Below are positions 15,507 through 24,921 of a DNA stretch of 29,062 nt, piece by piece; the first letter of the stretch is position 1; every line of letters starts with the position of its first letter. A program made the position numbers and the translations under genes. The notes under the pieces are model-generated. The model worked only from the letters and a program-made list of their open reading frames with translations, did no database searches and was not told the origin of the DNA. Origin of the DNA: an uncultured Verrucomicrobiales bacterium (lineage in GTDB: Bacteria; Verrucomicrobiota; Verrucomicrobiia; Verrucomicrobiales; DEV007); contig CALKOM010000087.1 of the NCBI GenBank assembly GCA_938091905.1, positions 1 to 29,062 of the forward strand, given 5' to 3'.

Positions 15507-17861
15507 CTAGTCAATAAAGATGAACTCATTGGCGGAAAGGAGTGCGTGGGCGTAGGCTTCCCAGCTATTGGGGAACTTGTCAGAAGGGGTCCAGTCATTG
15601 ACGAATGCTAGGCCGATAAGGGTTTCTTCCTCGTCTGGCGATCTCGCAAAGAGGCGATGATAGAGTGCGGTGATTGCTTGGGTGGGAGACTGCTTGCCCA
15701 TTTCTTCGGCACGCAAGCCTAGCCGCTCCGCCTGCTGAGCAACGAGTGGTCCGTTCATCATATACAGAGCTTGCTGTGGAACCATCGTTTCCAAACGGCG
15801 TGGGGTGTGGACGTCGGGGCTCGCGATGTCAAACGTTCGGAAGGTGCTTGGAAGATTCTGCCGATCGATGAATCCATAGATGGTGCGGCGCTGGCTGAAG
15901 GGCTGTTTGAGAATGTCGACTGGTTGACCTCCTGCGTTGAGATCAAGATCATCACAGGCAGCGAGAAGGCTATCACGCATTGCTTCAAATCCATGGCGCT
16001 GACGGTTCATTCGAGTAATCCAGCGATTGTCTGGATCACGGACGAGCGCGACTTCGGGCGCTAAGCTATCTTGCCGATAGAGTGCGGAGCTAAGGATCTC
16101 TCGATGAAGGCGTTTGATGGACCAGCCTTCACGCATGAAGTCTCCGGCTAGGCGATCTAGCACCGTAACGAGCTTTGGGGCTTCAGTACGGACGCCAAAG
16201 TCGCTCGGAGCATCGACCATAGGCTTACCGAAGAAGTGCATCCACGTTCGATTGACGAAGACGCGCGCTGTTAAGGGATTGCGAGGGCTGGAAATGTCCT
16301 CGGCCAGCTGGCGACGGCCGCTGCCGTCTTCGTAGGGCTGGCGTCCTTTGTGGCCGAGAGCGGTAAGGTACTGACGTGGCACTTGTTTGCCTCGGGAACG
16401 TGGATTTCCTCGGACAAAGACATGTGGTCTCACAGGCTTATCTTTGTCTAACATAACCATTCCCCGTGGTGGGGCACCTGGCGACATGGCTTGGTGTTGC
16501 TTCAATTCACGTCTGAGTTTGCGCACGGTTTCTTGGTCTTTTACATTGAAGATGCGGTAGAGCTTCTCAGGTTCCAGCCCTGTCGGAGAGTCTTTGGAAA
16601 CGAGCAATTGGCGGAGGCTTTCGTGATGCTTATTGTCGTGAGGGTTGTCACGATCTGCCTCTGCAATCACCTTTGCGTAGACGGCAATGAGTTCGTTCAT
16701 TGCCCCCACCTTCGCTGTTTTTAGAGCTTTCCACACCATGGGATTAGCCGTTTCCATAGTCTCGGGCAGTGTCCCTTTTTCTAACAAGTGTTTCCAGGGA
16801 AGGAATGCGGGATGCCCTTCTTTACACAGTTCAATGATCCGGTCTCGCCAGCGCAGTGCGATCTTCTGGTAGAGCTTCTCTGCTTGGGCGCGGGAGCCGA
16901 TCTTGGATTCGTCCCAGTCCCGGCCATCATGGGCGAGTTGGAAATAGGCTTTCAGCAGCGGCTCTGTGCGAAGCTTGGCATGGCGGGTAGTGAAGTAGTT
17001 GTCGATCTTCTCCTGACGTTTGATTTCCTCAGAAAGGAACGCTTGGTAGGCGGGTGAAGTTGTGTCGGGCTCACCGAGGAGTGGCTTGTCAGAGGGTTCA
17101 TGGCTACTGGCGAAGATACCATAGAGTGAATAGTAGTCTTCGATCGGGACAGGATCGAACTTGTGATCGTGGCAACGCGCACACGATACTGTTAGGCCTA
17201 ACAAACCGCGAGTCACCACATCGATGCGGTCATCAATGATGTCCGGTTCACGATTGAGAAAGCGTCGTCCTAAAGTGAGGAAGCCCATAGCAGCATAGGC
17301 TTGCGGATCTTGAGATTCCTTCACCACGTGGTCTCCGGCGATCTGTTGCCGGATGAACTCATCATAGGGCAGATCGGTGTTGAAGGCGGAGACCAACCAG
17401 TCTCGGTAGGTGTAAGCGTAGGGGTAGCGCCGCTCTTCCTGAAAAACGTAACCCTTGTTATCAGCATAGCGGGCGACGTCCATCCAGTGTCGCGCCCAAC
17501 GTTCGCCATAGCGTGGGGAGGCAAGCTGACGATCGAGATAACGTCCGTAGGCATTGGGTGAGTCGTCGTTTTCAAAGGTCTCAACGTCTTCCATCGTTGC
17601 CGGCAAACCGTGCAAATGATAGGCAAGCCGCCGGGCGATTCGTTGGCGGGGGGCTTGCTTTGCCATGGGCAAGTCCTGGTCACGGAGCGCGCTTTGATGG
17701 AGAGCATCGATGGGGGTAATTGTGGTGCTAGGAATCGCCGATGGAAGATCGATAACAGATACTCGCTGGAAGGCCCAATGTGCCGCGCTATCTTCGCTAT
17801 ACAAAGGTAACGCACTGAGGCATGCCAGAATGACGTAGAGAAACGGGGTGCGGGGATTCAT
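15507..17861 (-). CDS. DUF1549/DUF1553 (PSCyt2/PSD1) domain protein
   Basis: HWAF; YGERWARHWMDVARYAD; CARCHDHKFDP (CxxCH); NPLTARVFVNR; SDFG; PQQAL; C-terminal NEFIFID. Confidence 0.93.
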   Translation of the reverse strand: MNPRTPFLYVILACLSALPLYSEDSAAHWAFQRVSVIDLPSAIPSTTITPIDALHQSALRDQDLPMAKQAPRQRIARRLAYHLHGLPATMEDVETFENDDSPNAYGRYLDRQLASPRYGERWARHWMDVARYADNKGYVFQEERRYPYAYTYRDWLVSAFNTDLPYDEFIRQQIAGDHVVKESQDPQAYAAMGFLTLGRRFLNREPDIIDDRIDVVTRGLLGLTVSCARCHDHKFDPVPIEDYYSLYGIFASSHEPSDKPLLGEPDTTSPAYQAFLSEEIKRQEKIDNYFTTRHAKLRTEPLLKAYFQLAHDGRDWDESKIGSRAQAEKLYQKIALRWRDRIIELCKEGHPAFLPWKHLLEKGTLPETMETANPMVWKALKTAKVGAMNELIAVYAKVIAEADRDNPHDNKHHESLRQLLVSKDSPTGLEPEKLYRIFNVKDQETVRKLRRELKQHQAMSPGAPPRGMVMLDKDKPVRPHVFVRGNPRSRGKQVPRQYLTALGHKGRQPYEDGSGRRQLAEDISSPRNPLTARVFVNRTWMHFFGKPMVDAPSDFGVRTEAPKLVTVLDRLAGDFMREGWSIKRLHREILSSALYRQDSLAPEVALVRDPDNRWITRMNRQRHGFEAMRDSLLAACDDLDLNAGGQPVDILKQPFSQRRTIYGFIDRQNLPSTFRTFDIASPDVHTPRRLETMVPQQALYMMNGPLVAQQAERLGLRAEEMGKQSPTQAITALYHRLFARSPDEEETLIGLAFVNDWTPSDKFPNSWEAYAHALLSANEFIFID

Positions 17862-17909
17862 CGGACGCGGTCTTCAACCCCATGATCAGGGGCGCGACTC
17901 TGCGAACAC

Positions 17910-18617
17910 TTACGGCCGTTGAGGTATTAAGCGTAGGCGGTGGATATGCAGGAATGGCTTCGAGCGTTGACTCGGTAAGGTGATTGAGATGGCAGCCTTG
18001 GTTCCGTTGGCGGTGAACTTACCCACGTGAAGGTTGGCTTGTTTTCCCAGGCCGGCTGTATCTTTTAGGTTGAGCAGAAATTTCTGTGATCCAATGGCGA
18101 TGAGAAGACGGCCATTTTCGGAGGTGCCGTAGCTCAGTTCTACGGAATACGTCACCCCAGTGACGGTTGGGACGGGCAGGGATACTTCTGCCTGGCGGGA
18201 GGTCCAACCCACAAGAGCTTTCTGAGATGAATCATAATGCACTCCGCCTCGAGTGGTGGCGTTTGTGAGAGATGCCTCGATTGCATGAAGGGCCTTTGAG
18301 GTGGCGTCTGCATTGCTTGATTCCACTTCCAAGGGCGCAACATCTTTCAGCGCTTTCAAGGCCTTGTCCCGTGTCTTAATTCTTTCTTTGAGGGCGGCGA
18401 TGTCGCGATCAATTTCGTTCAACACCCCCTTGAGTTTCTTGGCCGCTGCTGCGTTGCGTGCTTGTTCAAGTTTCCCTAAGTGCTGTTTGAGGATCGGTTT
18501 CTGTTTTAAGTAGAGCGCTTTGAGATACGCCTTCTCGACGTCTTCAAAACGCTCTTCAGCGTGTGCACTGGCCAACAGGGCCAGAGCGATCGTTGTGCTT
18601 TGTAAGAGCGTTTTCAC
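17910..18617 (-). CDS. Secreted hypothetical protein (N-terminal coiled coil plus C-terminal beta-sandwich)
   Basis: Signal peptide ending AHA; Lys/Leu/Ala heptad helix; beta-rich C-domain (LVGW...YSVELSY...LHIHRLRL); GTG start 5 nt after the upstream stop. Confidence 0.75.
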   Translation of the reverse strand: MKTLLQSTTIALALLASAHAEERFEDVEKAYLKALYLKQKPILKQHLGKLEQARNAAAAKKLKGVLNEIDRDIAALKERIKTRDKALKALKDVAPLEVESSNADATSKALHAIEASLTNATTRGGVHYDSSQKALVGWTSRQAEVSLPVPTVTGVTYSVELSYGTSENGRLLIAIGSQKFLLNLKDTAGLGKQANLHVGKFTANGTKAAISITLPSQRSKPFLHIHRLRLIPQRP

Positions 18618-18622
18618 GCCTT

Positions 18623-19585
18623 CTAATACATCATGTCTTTCGGCTCCGGAATGGCCTCGATGTCTTTCACTTTGAGGACGGGGACCTTACGACCATCTTG
18701 ATCAGGGTAGGTCATTTCACCAACAATCTTGACCCAGCTATCTTGAGCGAACTCTGGCGGCGCCTTGCCAAACTCAGCAGAGAAGCCGATTGGGCGAGCG
18801 TCTGCCAGGCAGCAACTGACAAAGAGGCGATAGAAGCGCAGGCGAGTTCCGTCGGGATCATTCTCAGCGATCTCCGGGGCTACTTGGCCTGTCGTTTCTA
18901 CGGGCTGCCCCACGAGGACGTCAGCGAGTTCTTCATCGGCTGCTGAGTAGAAGAGAGAAGGCACCGGGATCAGGAAATTGCCGTCGTCGCTCTTGCGGAC
19001 CTGCTTTTCAAGATCAGCTAACGTGTACTTATCACTATCTGTGCCTGTGCTAGAGCTTGCTTTTTCCGTCGGGAGTGCGTTCACCTCATTGGAATAAAGG
19101 CCTTTGTTAGCCAGTGCGTCTACGCTAAATTTGTTCTGAGCCATGTTTGCGGCGGCAAACGTTGGGACCAAGACAATGACCATGGTGGCGAGGATGCTAG
19201 GGATTGTTTGGTCATCGTGAGAATGACCCACGTGATCATGGTCATGAGCATGTTCGTGATGCGGGTGATCACACGCATGCTCGTGGTCGTTTTCTGATTG
19301 ATCATGATCGCACTCGTGAGTGTGTTCATGGTGATCATGTCCACAGTCGCTGTGATCGTGATCGTGATCGTGATCGTGGCCGCAATCTACTTTCGCCTTG
19401 GCGGTGAATAGATTGAACAAGCCCATGACCGCGAGGCCGAGCCCGCCAAATAGGGGGCCGTACTGAAAGTTGCCTTTGAGCAGAAAGTTGACGCGACCAG
19501 AGGCATAGAAGTAGAGGAGTATGCCAGACCAAGCGAAGAGAATGAGGATTCCAGCATAGTGAAAGAAACGGGGAGCAGGCATCAT
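18623..19585 (-). CDS. TIGR03943/DUF1980 (YcgQ-like) putative permease subunit with a His-rich loop
   Basis: Two TM helices, His/Asp/Cys loop, third TM, then a C-terminal domain with RLFVSCCLADARP and WVKIVG; likely start MMPAP at 19585 (the ORF extends to 19615). Confidence 0.85.
   Translation of the reverse strand: MMPAPRFFHYAGILILFAWSGILLYFYASGRVNFLLKGNFQYGPLFGGLGLAVMGLFNLFTAKAKVDCGHDHDHDHDHSDCGHDHHEHTHECDHDQSENDHEHACDHPHHEHAHDHDHVGHSHDDQTIPSILATMVIVLVPTFAAANMAQNKFSVDALANKGLYSNEVNALPTEKASSSTGTDSDKYTLADLEKQVRKSDDGNFLIPVPSLFYSAADEELADVLVGQPVETTGQVAPEIAENDPDGTRLRFYRLFVSCCLADARPIGFSAEFGKAPPEFAQDSWVKIVGEMTYPDQDGRKVPVLKVKDIEAIPEPKDMMY
19352..19378. repeat. Hexanucleotide tandem repeat (GTGATC)4.5 encoding (His-Asp)n
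   Basis: GTGATC GTGATC GTGATC GTGATC GTG. Confidence 0.9.
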
Positions 19586-19595
19586 ACGAGCGAGT

Positions 19596-20609
19596 TTAGA
19601 AGGGTAGTTTCTCAACGGGAATCAGCGACCACAAGGAGCAGATGATGCCGATCAATAAAAAGAGTCCGCACACGAGCATCCAGACAAACTTCGCGCGGAA
19701 GATGGACGCATACATAAAGAGCAGCTTGACGTCGACCATGGGGCCGAAGACGAGGAAGCCAAGTTTGGCGGCGTATTCGTAGGCTTGGGACGGAAAGGCG
19801 ACTTTCAAGGTTGCGGCCACGAACGCATCTGAGGTGCTACAGAGTGATAGAATGAATGCTAGTACCATCATGGTCGCTACCGCTATCGTGATGTGACCTG
19901 ACATGAAATTACCAAGCCCTTGTTGAAGTGCGGAGGTGTTGAAGATGGCAGTAAGCGCAGCACCGATAGTGAAGTACATTCCAGTGTCAACGGAATCGCG
20001 CATGGCCGTTCGGAAGGCGAGGATGAGCTTGTTGCCTTCTCGCAACGAGCTTCGGATGGCTCCGAAGATTGAAAGCCCTTCGCCTGCATCCTTGGATTGT
20101 TGATTCGCCTTCATCGCGTCCAGGACGTGCTTCTTCAAAAGAGAAGACGCAGCTACCTTCTGTATGAGAAGCCCGATTATCACACAAACGACGTAGGCAA
20201 TGAGCAGACGAGAGCCTGTAACAAAGATGGGATGGTGTTGGATGCCCATGAGTGGCCCGAGGTCGCCACCTTGCCCGGAGAAGCCGATCATCGTGCTGGT
20301 AGCAGTAATCGGGTTAATGATAGGCGCTGCTAACATGTAGGTGACTGCGCAAGACACGGGCAGGCCTTTGCGGATGAGCCGACCGATCACGGGAACGATG
20401 GCACATTCGCAGACTGGAAAGATGATTCCGAGAAAGCCGCTGGCGAAGATGGCCAAGGCACGGCGCTTTGGTAGCATGCGTTCCATCGCCCAAGGAGGGA
20501 GATAGGCGTCAATAAATCCTGAAATGAGGGTCCCAAGAAAGATGAAGGGTAGCCCCTCGAGCAGCAGGCTCATGAGAGCCGTCGAAATGTCAGCGAGATT
20601 CAGTCCCAT
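19596..20609 (-). CDS. DUF318/ArsP_1 (YcgR-like) permease
   Basis: LLEGLPF, FPVCECAIVP, MLAAPIINP, LSLCSTSDAF, FLVFGPMVDVK; multiple TM helices. Confidence 0.9.
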   Translation of the reverse strand: MGLNLADISTALMSLLLEGLPFIFLGTLISGFIDAYLPPWAMERMLPKRRALAIFASGFLGIIFPVCECAIVPVIGRLIRKGLPVSCAVTYMLAAPIINPITATSTMIGFSGQGGDLGPLMGIQHHPIFVTGSRLLIAYVVCVIIGLLIQKVAASSLLKKHVLDAMKANQQSKDAGEGLSIFGAIRSSLREGNKLILAFRTAMRDSVDTGMYFTIGAALTAIFNTSALQQGLGNFMSGHITIAVATMMVLAFILSLCSTSDAFVAATLKVAFPSQAYEYAAKLGFLVFGPMVDVKLLFMYASIFRAKFVWMLVCGLFLLIGIICSLWSLIPVEKLPF

Positions 20610-20779
20610 ACGGTGCCCAGAGACTCAGGACTTTCGGCCGAAAGTGCAAGTGCAGACCCTCGAGGAAGTGAATGAGTTAAAATTGGTAATTTTTTTAAAA
20701 AGACTCGCATTCCATGTGAACTTATTTAATAAATATGAATAATCACGCTTAAACGATATCTTTTATACCTTGATGGTTC

Positions 20780-22375
20780 ATGAAAACTTACAATTTAAAT
20801 ATTGTAATTATATTATATGTGGTTTCTGGGTTCGAGCTGAGGTCTGTGTACGCAGCAGAGGCACCAGCTTCGCTCGAAGCCTATTTGGAAAGCGTGTTGG
20901 CGTACAATGAGCAGCTCCAGGTCCAGATCATGGACTATGAGATCAGCCGCCAAGCGGTCGAAGGTGCTCGTGGTGCTTTCGAGCCGGAGTTCGTCTTGCG
21001 AACGCAATATGATGACACCTTGCGCCCGAATAACGCGGAGGAGCTTCGAAGTTTAGGTGGCCTTCCATTCTACAAACAGAGGTCGATGCTCTACTCGGCC
21101 GCTGTCGAAGCCCTGACCGCGTCTGGCGCGCGGACGCGCATGGGGCTCGATATTCAACAACTAAACAACAATCTGCAGCCTTTTCGCGCGGTCGATCAAG
21201 AGTGGAGCAGCTTCGTTGGGCTCAGTATTGTGCAGCCATTGCTCAAGGGTGCAGGCAAGAATGTGACGCTCGCTGCGGTACGTGTGGCAGCTCTAGAATC
21301 AGATCAGGCCTATCAGGAGTTCCGGCGGCAAATGATGGTGATTCTGGTAGGGGCTGAAGTGTCTTACTGGAATCTTTATTACGCCCAAGAGCAGCTACGG
21401 TTCTACGAGGAATCCCTTCAAACAGTCAAAGCGCTCGCTGAAGACGTGGAGGGTCGTTTCTCGGTGGGCAAAGCGAGTGAACTCGAAGTGCTCAATGCGA
21501 AGGTTGCCGTGAGCGGTCGCGAGGCGCAGCTGGCCGTAGCGAAACAGAGCCTAACGGAAACCGTGAACATGGCGGTAAGCTTTCTCGGAAATGAGCTTGT
21601 TGGAATGCGTGCGGCGGCTCCGAGCCCATCGCTTGCTACAGAGACTGATGCGGCTGTCTGCTTTGACAAGGCGCAGCGTTTCAATCCTGAGTATCTCGGA
21701 AGGCAGCGGCAGATTGCGATTGAGACCCTTCGATTAAGTGTGGCACAGAACCAGGGGAAGCCTTCCCTCGATTTCTTAGGAAGCTTTGGAGTGACCGGAT
21801 TGTCAGAGAACTTTGCGGATGCGATGTCAGACGTTGGGCGAGTGCAGAGCCCCACCTGGTCTGTGGGACTAGAATTGCGGGTTCCGCTAGGTGGCGGTAA
21901 GAAAGGGAAGAGCGATATTCACACAGCTAGTCTTCGGCGGAAACAGGCCATTCGGCAGCTCAGTGTGTTGAGAACCCAGATGCGTGGTGCGGTGGAGAAC
22001 GCTCTCTTTAAAGTGCGCTCTGCTCAGAGCAATGCGGTTAGTTTCGCTAAGACCACCGGGCTCAACGAAAAACTGCTCGACACTGAACTAGAGCGCCTCA
22101 AAGCCGGAAAGTCCTCTGCTGGTAAGATCCTTGAAGCTGAACAAGCACTTTTCGAGGCAAGGAACTCCGAGCTCGAGAACCTCGTTGGTGTTCAGCGTTC
22201 TTTGTTAGAAATGGATGTGGTCATGGGCACCGTTCTTGAGAAGCGAGGCATTGAGTGGACTCGAGCCCAGCTCGCGGCGAGGACGGCATCCCTTTTCAAA
22301 CAACAGCACATCCCTGACGATAGCATCGTCGCCTATCGCCAATCTCTCGACTCTTTGATCCAACAGAATCCATGA
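20780..22375 (+). CDS. TolC-family outer-membrane channel
   Basis: Two-repeat OEP pattern: YN-x-QL...ARGAFEP, QPLLKG, YWNL, RFSVGKAS and NPEY...KPSLDF, W-x-VGLELRVPLG, RLKAGKSS; putative signal peptide. Confidence 0.9.
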   Translation: MKTYNLNIVIILYVVSGFELRSVYAAEAPASLEAYLESVLAYNEQLQVQIMDYEISRQAVEGARGAFEPEFVLRTQYDDTLRPNNAEELRSLGGLPFYKQRSMLYSAAVEALTASGARTRMGLDIQQLNNNLQPFRAVDQEWSSFVGLSIVQPLLKGAGKNVTLAAVRVAALESDQAYQEFRRQMMVILVGAEVSYWNLYYAQEQLRFYEESLQTVKALAEDVEGRFSVGKASELEVLNAKVAVSGREAQLAVAKQSLTETVNMAVSFLGNELVGMRAAAPSPSLATETDAAVCFDKAQRFNPEYLGRQRQIAIETLRLSVAQNQGKPSLDFLGSFGVTGLSENFADAMSDVGRVQSPTWSVGLELRVPLGGGKKGKSDIHTASLRRKQAIRQLSVLRTQMRGAVENALFKVRSAQSNAVSFAKTTGLNEKLLDTELERLKAGKSSAGKILEAEQALFEARNSELENLVGVQRSLLEMDVVMGTVLEKRGIEWTRAQLAARTASLFKQQHIPDDSIVAYRQSLDSLIQQNP

Positions 22376-23085
22376 TTGCACGACTCACGATCTGCTTATT
22401 TGTTAGTATTGCCACGCCCTTGTTTGGCCAGACGTCCTTCAATGGTATCACTGAGCCTGCATCCGATGCGGAGCTGAGTTTCCCTGTCTCGGGAGTACTC
22501 GCGGAATTGCCCTTCCGTGAAGGCGAATTTGTCCGTGAAGGAGAGGTGGTCGGGCGGCTGGGCAATCGGAGAGAGGAACTCGAAGTTTCTCGTCGTCAGC
22601 TCATTCTCGACAACGCGACGATGGATCTGAAACGCACGCAACAGCTCTATGACAAGACGGGCTCGATTAGTGAGGAAGAACTCGATGAGAAACGTGCTAC
22701 GGTGAAAGTTGCTGAAACTGAGTTGGCCATTGCGAGAGAGGACGTGAATCGGCGCCTTCTGGTGGCCCCCTTTGATGGGCTTATTGCCAATCTCCATGGT
22801 CTCGATAAAGGGGAGGGCGTTGAGTTGCTGACACCTGTCGTTCGGTTGGTCGATGCTAGCACCTGTGTGTTTGTCTGCAATTTGCCAGCAAATGCTGCAA
22901 AGGCAGTAAAACCCGAAGCAAAGGCCTCGATTCAGATTGGAGAGGTGAATATTCCTGGCTTTGTCAGTTTCATCTCCCCAGTGATCGAGCCTTCTAGCGG
23001 TCTCCTCAAAGTGAAGGCCCGCTTTGAGAACCCTGAACGTCTCATTGTCCCTGGCGCAGCGGGGCAACTGACCTTTCTTGAGTAG
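22372..23085 (+). CDS. Periplasmic adaptor / membrane-fusion protein (stand-alone, signal peptide)
   Basis: LSFPVSGVL..L...EGEFV..GEVVGRL lipoyl half, alpha-hairpin, LVAPFDG, ISPVIEPSSG, PG; ATGA overlap with tolC. Confidence 0.9.
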   Translation: MIARLTICLFVSIATPLFGQTSFNGITEPASDAELSFPVSGVLAELPFREGEFVREGEVVGRLGNRREELEVSRRQLILDNATMDLKRTQQLYDKTGSISEEELDEKRATVKVAETELAIAREDVNRRLLVAPFDGLIANLHGLDKGEGVELLTPVVRLVDASTCVFVCNLPANAAKAVKPEAKASIQIGEVNIPGFVSFISPVIEPSSGLLKVKARFENPERLIVPGAAGQLTFLE

Positions 23086-23087
23086 TC

Positions 23088-24914
23088 ATGCGTGATGATC
23101 AGATAGAAGATTTTGGTCAGTATGCTGAGCAGCTTGATGCCGTCGTGCAAGCAGAGCAGCCGGTGGCCGAGTTTTGGGAGCGCTTGCTAGAGAGCTATTG
23201 CGTGCTTAGCGGGGCGAAGCGGGCGATTCTTCTTGTGACCAAGAAGGCGGAGACGCAGTGGCGCAAGGCGGCCTATCACGAGCGTGAGGCTGCTGTTGTT
23301 GAGTTGCCTCTAGCAAAGTTTCAGCAGCTTGCTATCAAGGCAGCCGCGAGTGTAGGCAAGCCTGTGCCAGCCGGAGCTGGTGCGGTGGCCTTGGGGGTGT
23401 CGCTTCGCTTGCTAACCGATGAGAATACTTGTGTGGCCGTCTTCTTGATCGAAGGGCGCGATGACGAGGCGATCCAATCGATCCTGGAGCGCTTGCAACT
23501 GGTATCGACGGCACCGCGTGTCTATCAACTACAGCAATCTGTTCGCACCAGTCATCAGGATGCGGACAAGTTTGCCAAGGTTCTTGATCTCATCGCACCC
23601 ATTCATGAGGAAGATCGCTTTGTGGCCGCTGGGCTTACCTTGTGCAATACAGTGGCGACGCGCTTGGAATGTGAGCGTGTGAGTCTTGGCTGGTGGGAAC
23701 GTGGCTATGTGCGCTTGCAGGCTGTCAGTCGCATGGAGAAATTTAATCGACAGATGGCGGCAGCGCAGACGTTGGAGACGGCTATGGATGAGGCGTTAGA
23801 GCAGGATACGGAAGTGCTTTGGCCTCCGGTCGACTCATCGGTGATTGCTCGCGATCACGAGAAATATGCCCAAGCTGAAGGTTCTGGGAATGTGCTGTCG
23901 ATACCTCTGCGAGGAAACGGCGAGGCTCTTGCCGTACTGACATGCGAACGTGATGTCCAGCCGTTCACGGAGCTGGAGGTTCAGCAGTTGCGCCTTGTCA
24001 CGGATCTCTGTACTCCGCGACTCACGGACTTGAAGGATCGGGATCGTTGGATTGGTTCGCGTTGTGCCGACGGGGCCAAACGGCGATGCGCAAGCTTGTT
24101 GGGGCCAGAACACACGTGGGCCAAGGTGCTTACCTTGGGCATGGCCGCGTTGCTGGCCGTGCTGATCTTCGTCAAGGTAGACTATCGCGTGGAAAGTGAT
24201 TTCATCCTGCGGAGCGATCAGGTCGCTTATCTGACAACGCCGTTCGACGGCTATATTGAAACGGTGCACTTGGAGGCTCCGGCAAAGGTGAAGCAAGGCG
24301 ATCTGCTTCTTGCATTGCAAACGGACGAGCTTCTGCTGCAAGAAGCGGCTGAACTTGCCAATGTGAATGCGTATGCTCGCCAGGCCGAGCGTGCGCTTGC
24401 CCAGAATCAGCTCGCGGACATGCAGATCGCCGAGGCGCAAGTCAAGCAAGCTGAGGCGCGATTGGCGATTGTTAGGAATCAGTTGGGACAGGCGGAGATT
24501 CGCGCACCGTTTGACGCCGTCATCATTGAGGGGGATTTGAACGAACTGCTTGGTAAGCCAATCGAGAAGGGGAGTCCTTTATTCAAGCTTGCTCAGCTCA
24601 GTAAGCTTTGTGTCGAGGCGAAGATCGATGAACGCAATGTGCACGAAGTCGCGCTTGAGCAGCCTGGTGAGATTGCTTTCATCAGTCAGCCCAAATTCAA
24701 GTTCCCTGTCAAAGTCACACAAATGGAAGCGGCCGCCTTTCCGGAGGGAGAGGGGAATACCTTTCAAGTCCGCTGTGATTTCACGGAGGCAGTGCAACCC
24801 TGGTGGCGGCCCGGTATGATGGGCGTCTGCAAGATCGAGGCGGGCAAACGTCGTCTGCTGTGGATCTTTGGACATCGCACCGTCGATTTCTTCCGACTCT
24901 GGCTCTGGTGGTAG
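23088..24914 (+). CDS. GAF-domain / HlyD-type membrane-fusion protein fusion
   Basis: GAF-like CERVSLG...LSIPL...AVLTCER...FTELE; one TM (WAKVLTLGMAALLAVLIFV); TPFDGYI, hairpin, IRAPFDA, WWRPGMMG. Confidence 0.85.
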   Translation: MRDDQIEDFGQYAEQLDAVVQAEQPVAEFWERLLESYCVLSGAKRAILLVTKKAETQWRKAAYHEREAAVVELPLAKFQQLAIKAAASVGKPVPAGAGAVALGVSLRLLTDENTCVAVFLIEGRDDEAIQSILERLQLVSTAPRVYQLQQSVRTSHQDADKFAKVLDLIAPIHEEDRFVAAGLTLCNTVATRLECERVSLGWWERGYVRLQAVSRMEKFNRQMAAAQTLETAMDEALEQDTEVLWPPVDSSVIARDHEKYAQAEGSGNVLSIPLRGNGEALAVLTCERDVQPFTELEVQQLRLVTDLCTPRLTDLKDRDRWIGSRCADGAKRRCASLLGPEHTWAKVLTLGMAALLAVLIFVKVDYRVESDFILRSDQVAYLTTPFDGYIETVHLEAPAKVKQGDLLLALQTDELLLQEAAELANVNAYARQAERALAQNQLADMQIAEAQVKQAEARLAIVRNQLGQAEIRAPFDAVIIEGDLNELLGKPIEKGSPLFKLAQLSKLCVEAKIDERNVHEVALEQPGEIAFISQPKFKFPVKVTQMEAAAFPEGEGNTFQVRCDFTEAVQPWWRPGMMGVCKIEAGKRRLLWIFGHRTVDFFRLWLWW

Positions 24915-24921
24915 CAAGGAC

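Noticed and set aside
19211..19390. Repetitive DNA as a possible CRISPR array
   Set aside because: It is His/Asp codon repetition inside a CDS, with no repeat-spacer structure and no cas genes.
20780..24914. Ordinary RND or ABC drug-efflux operon
   Set aside because: No RND or ABC pump gene in the window, and the adaptors are fused to GAF and M50 domains.
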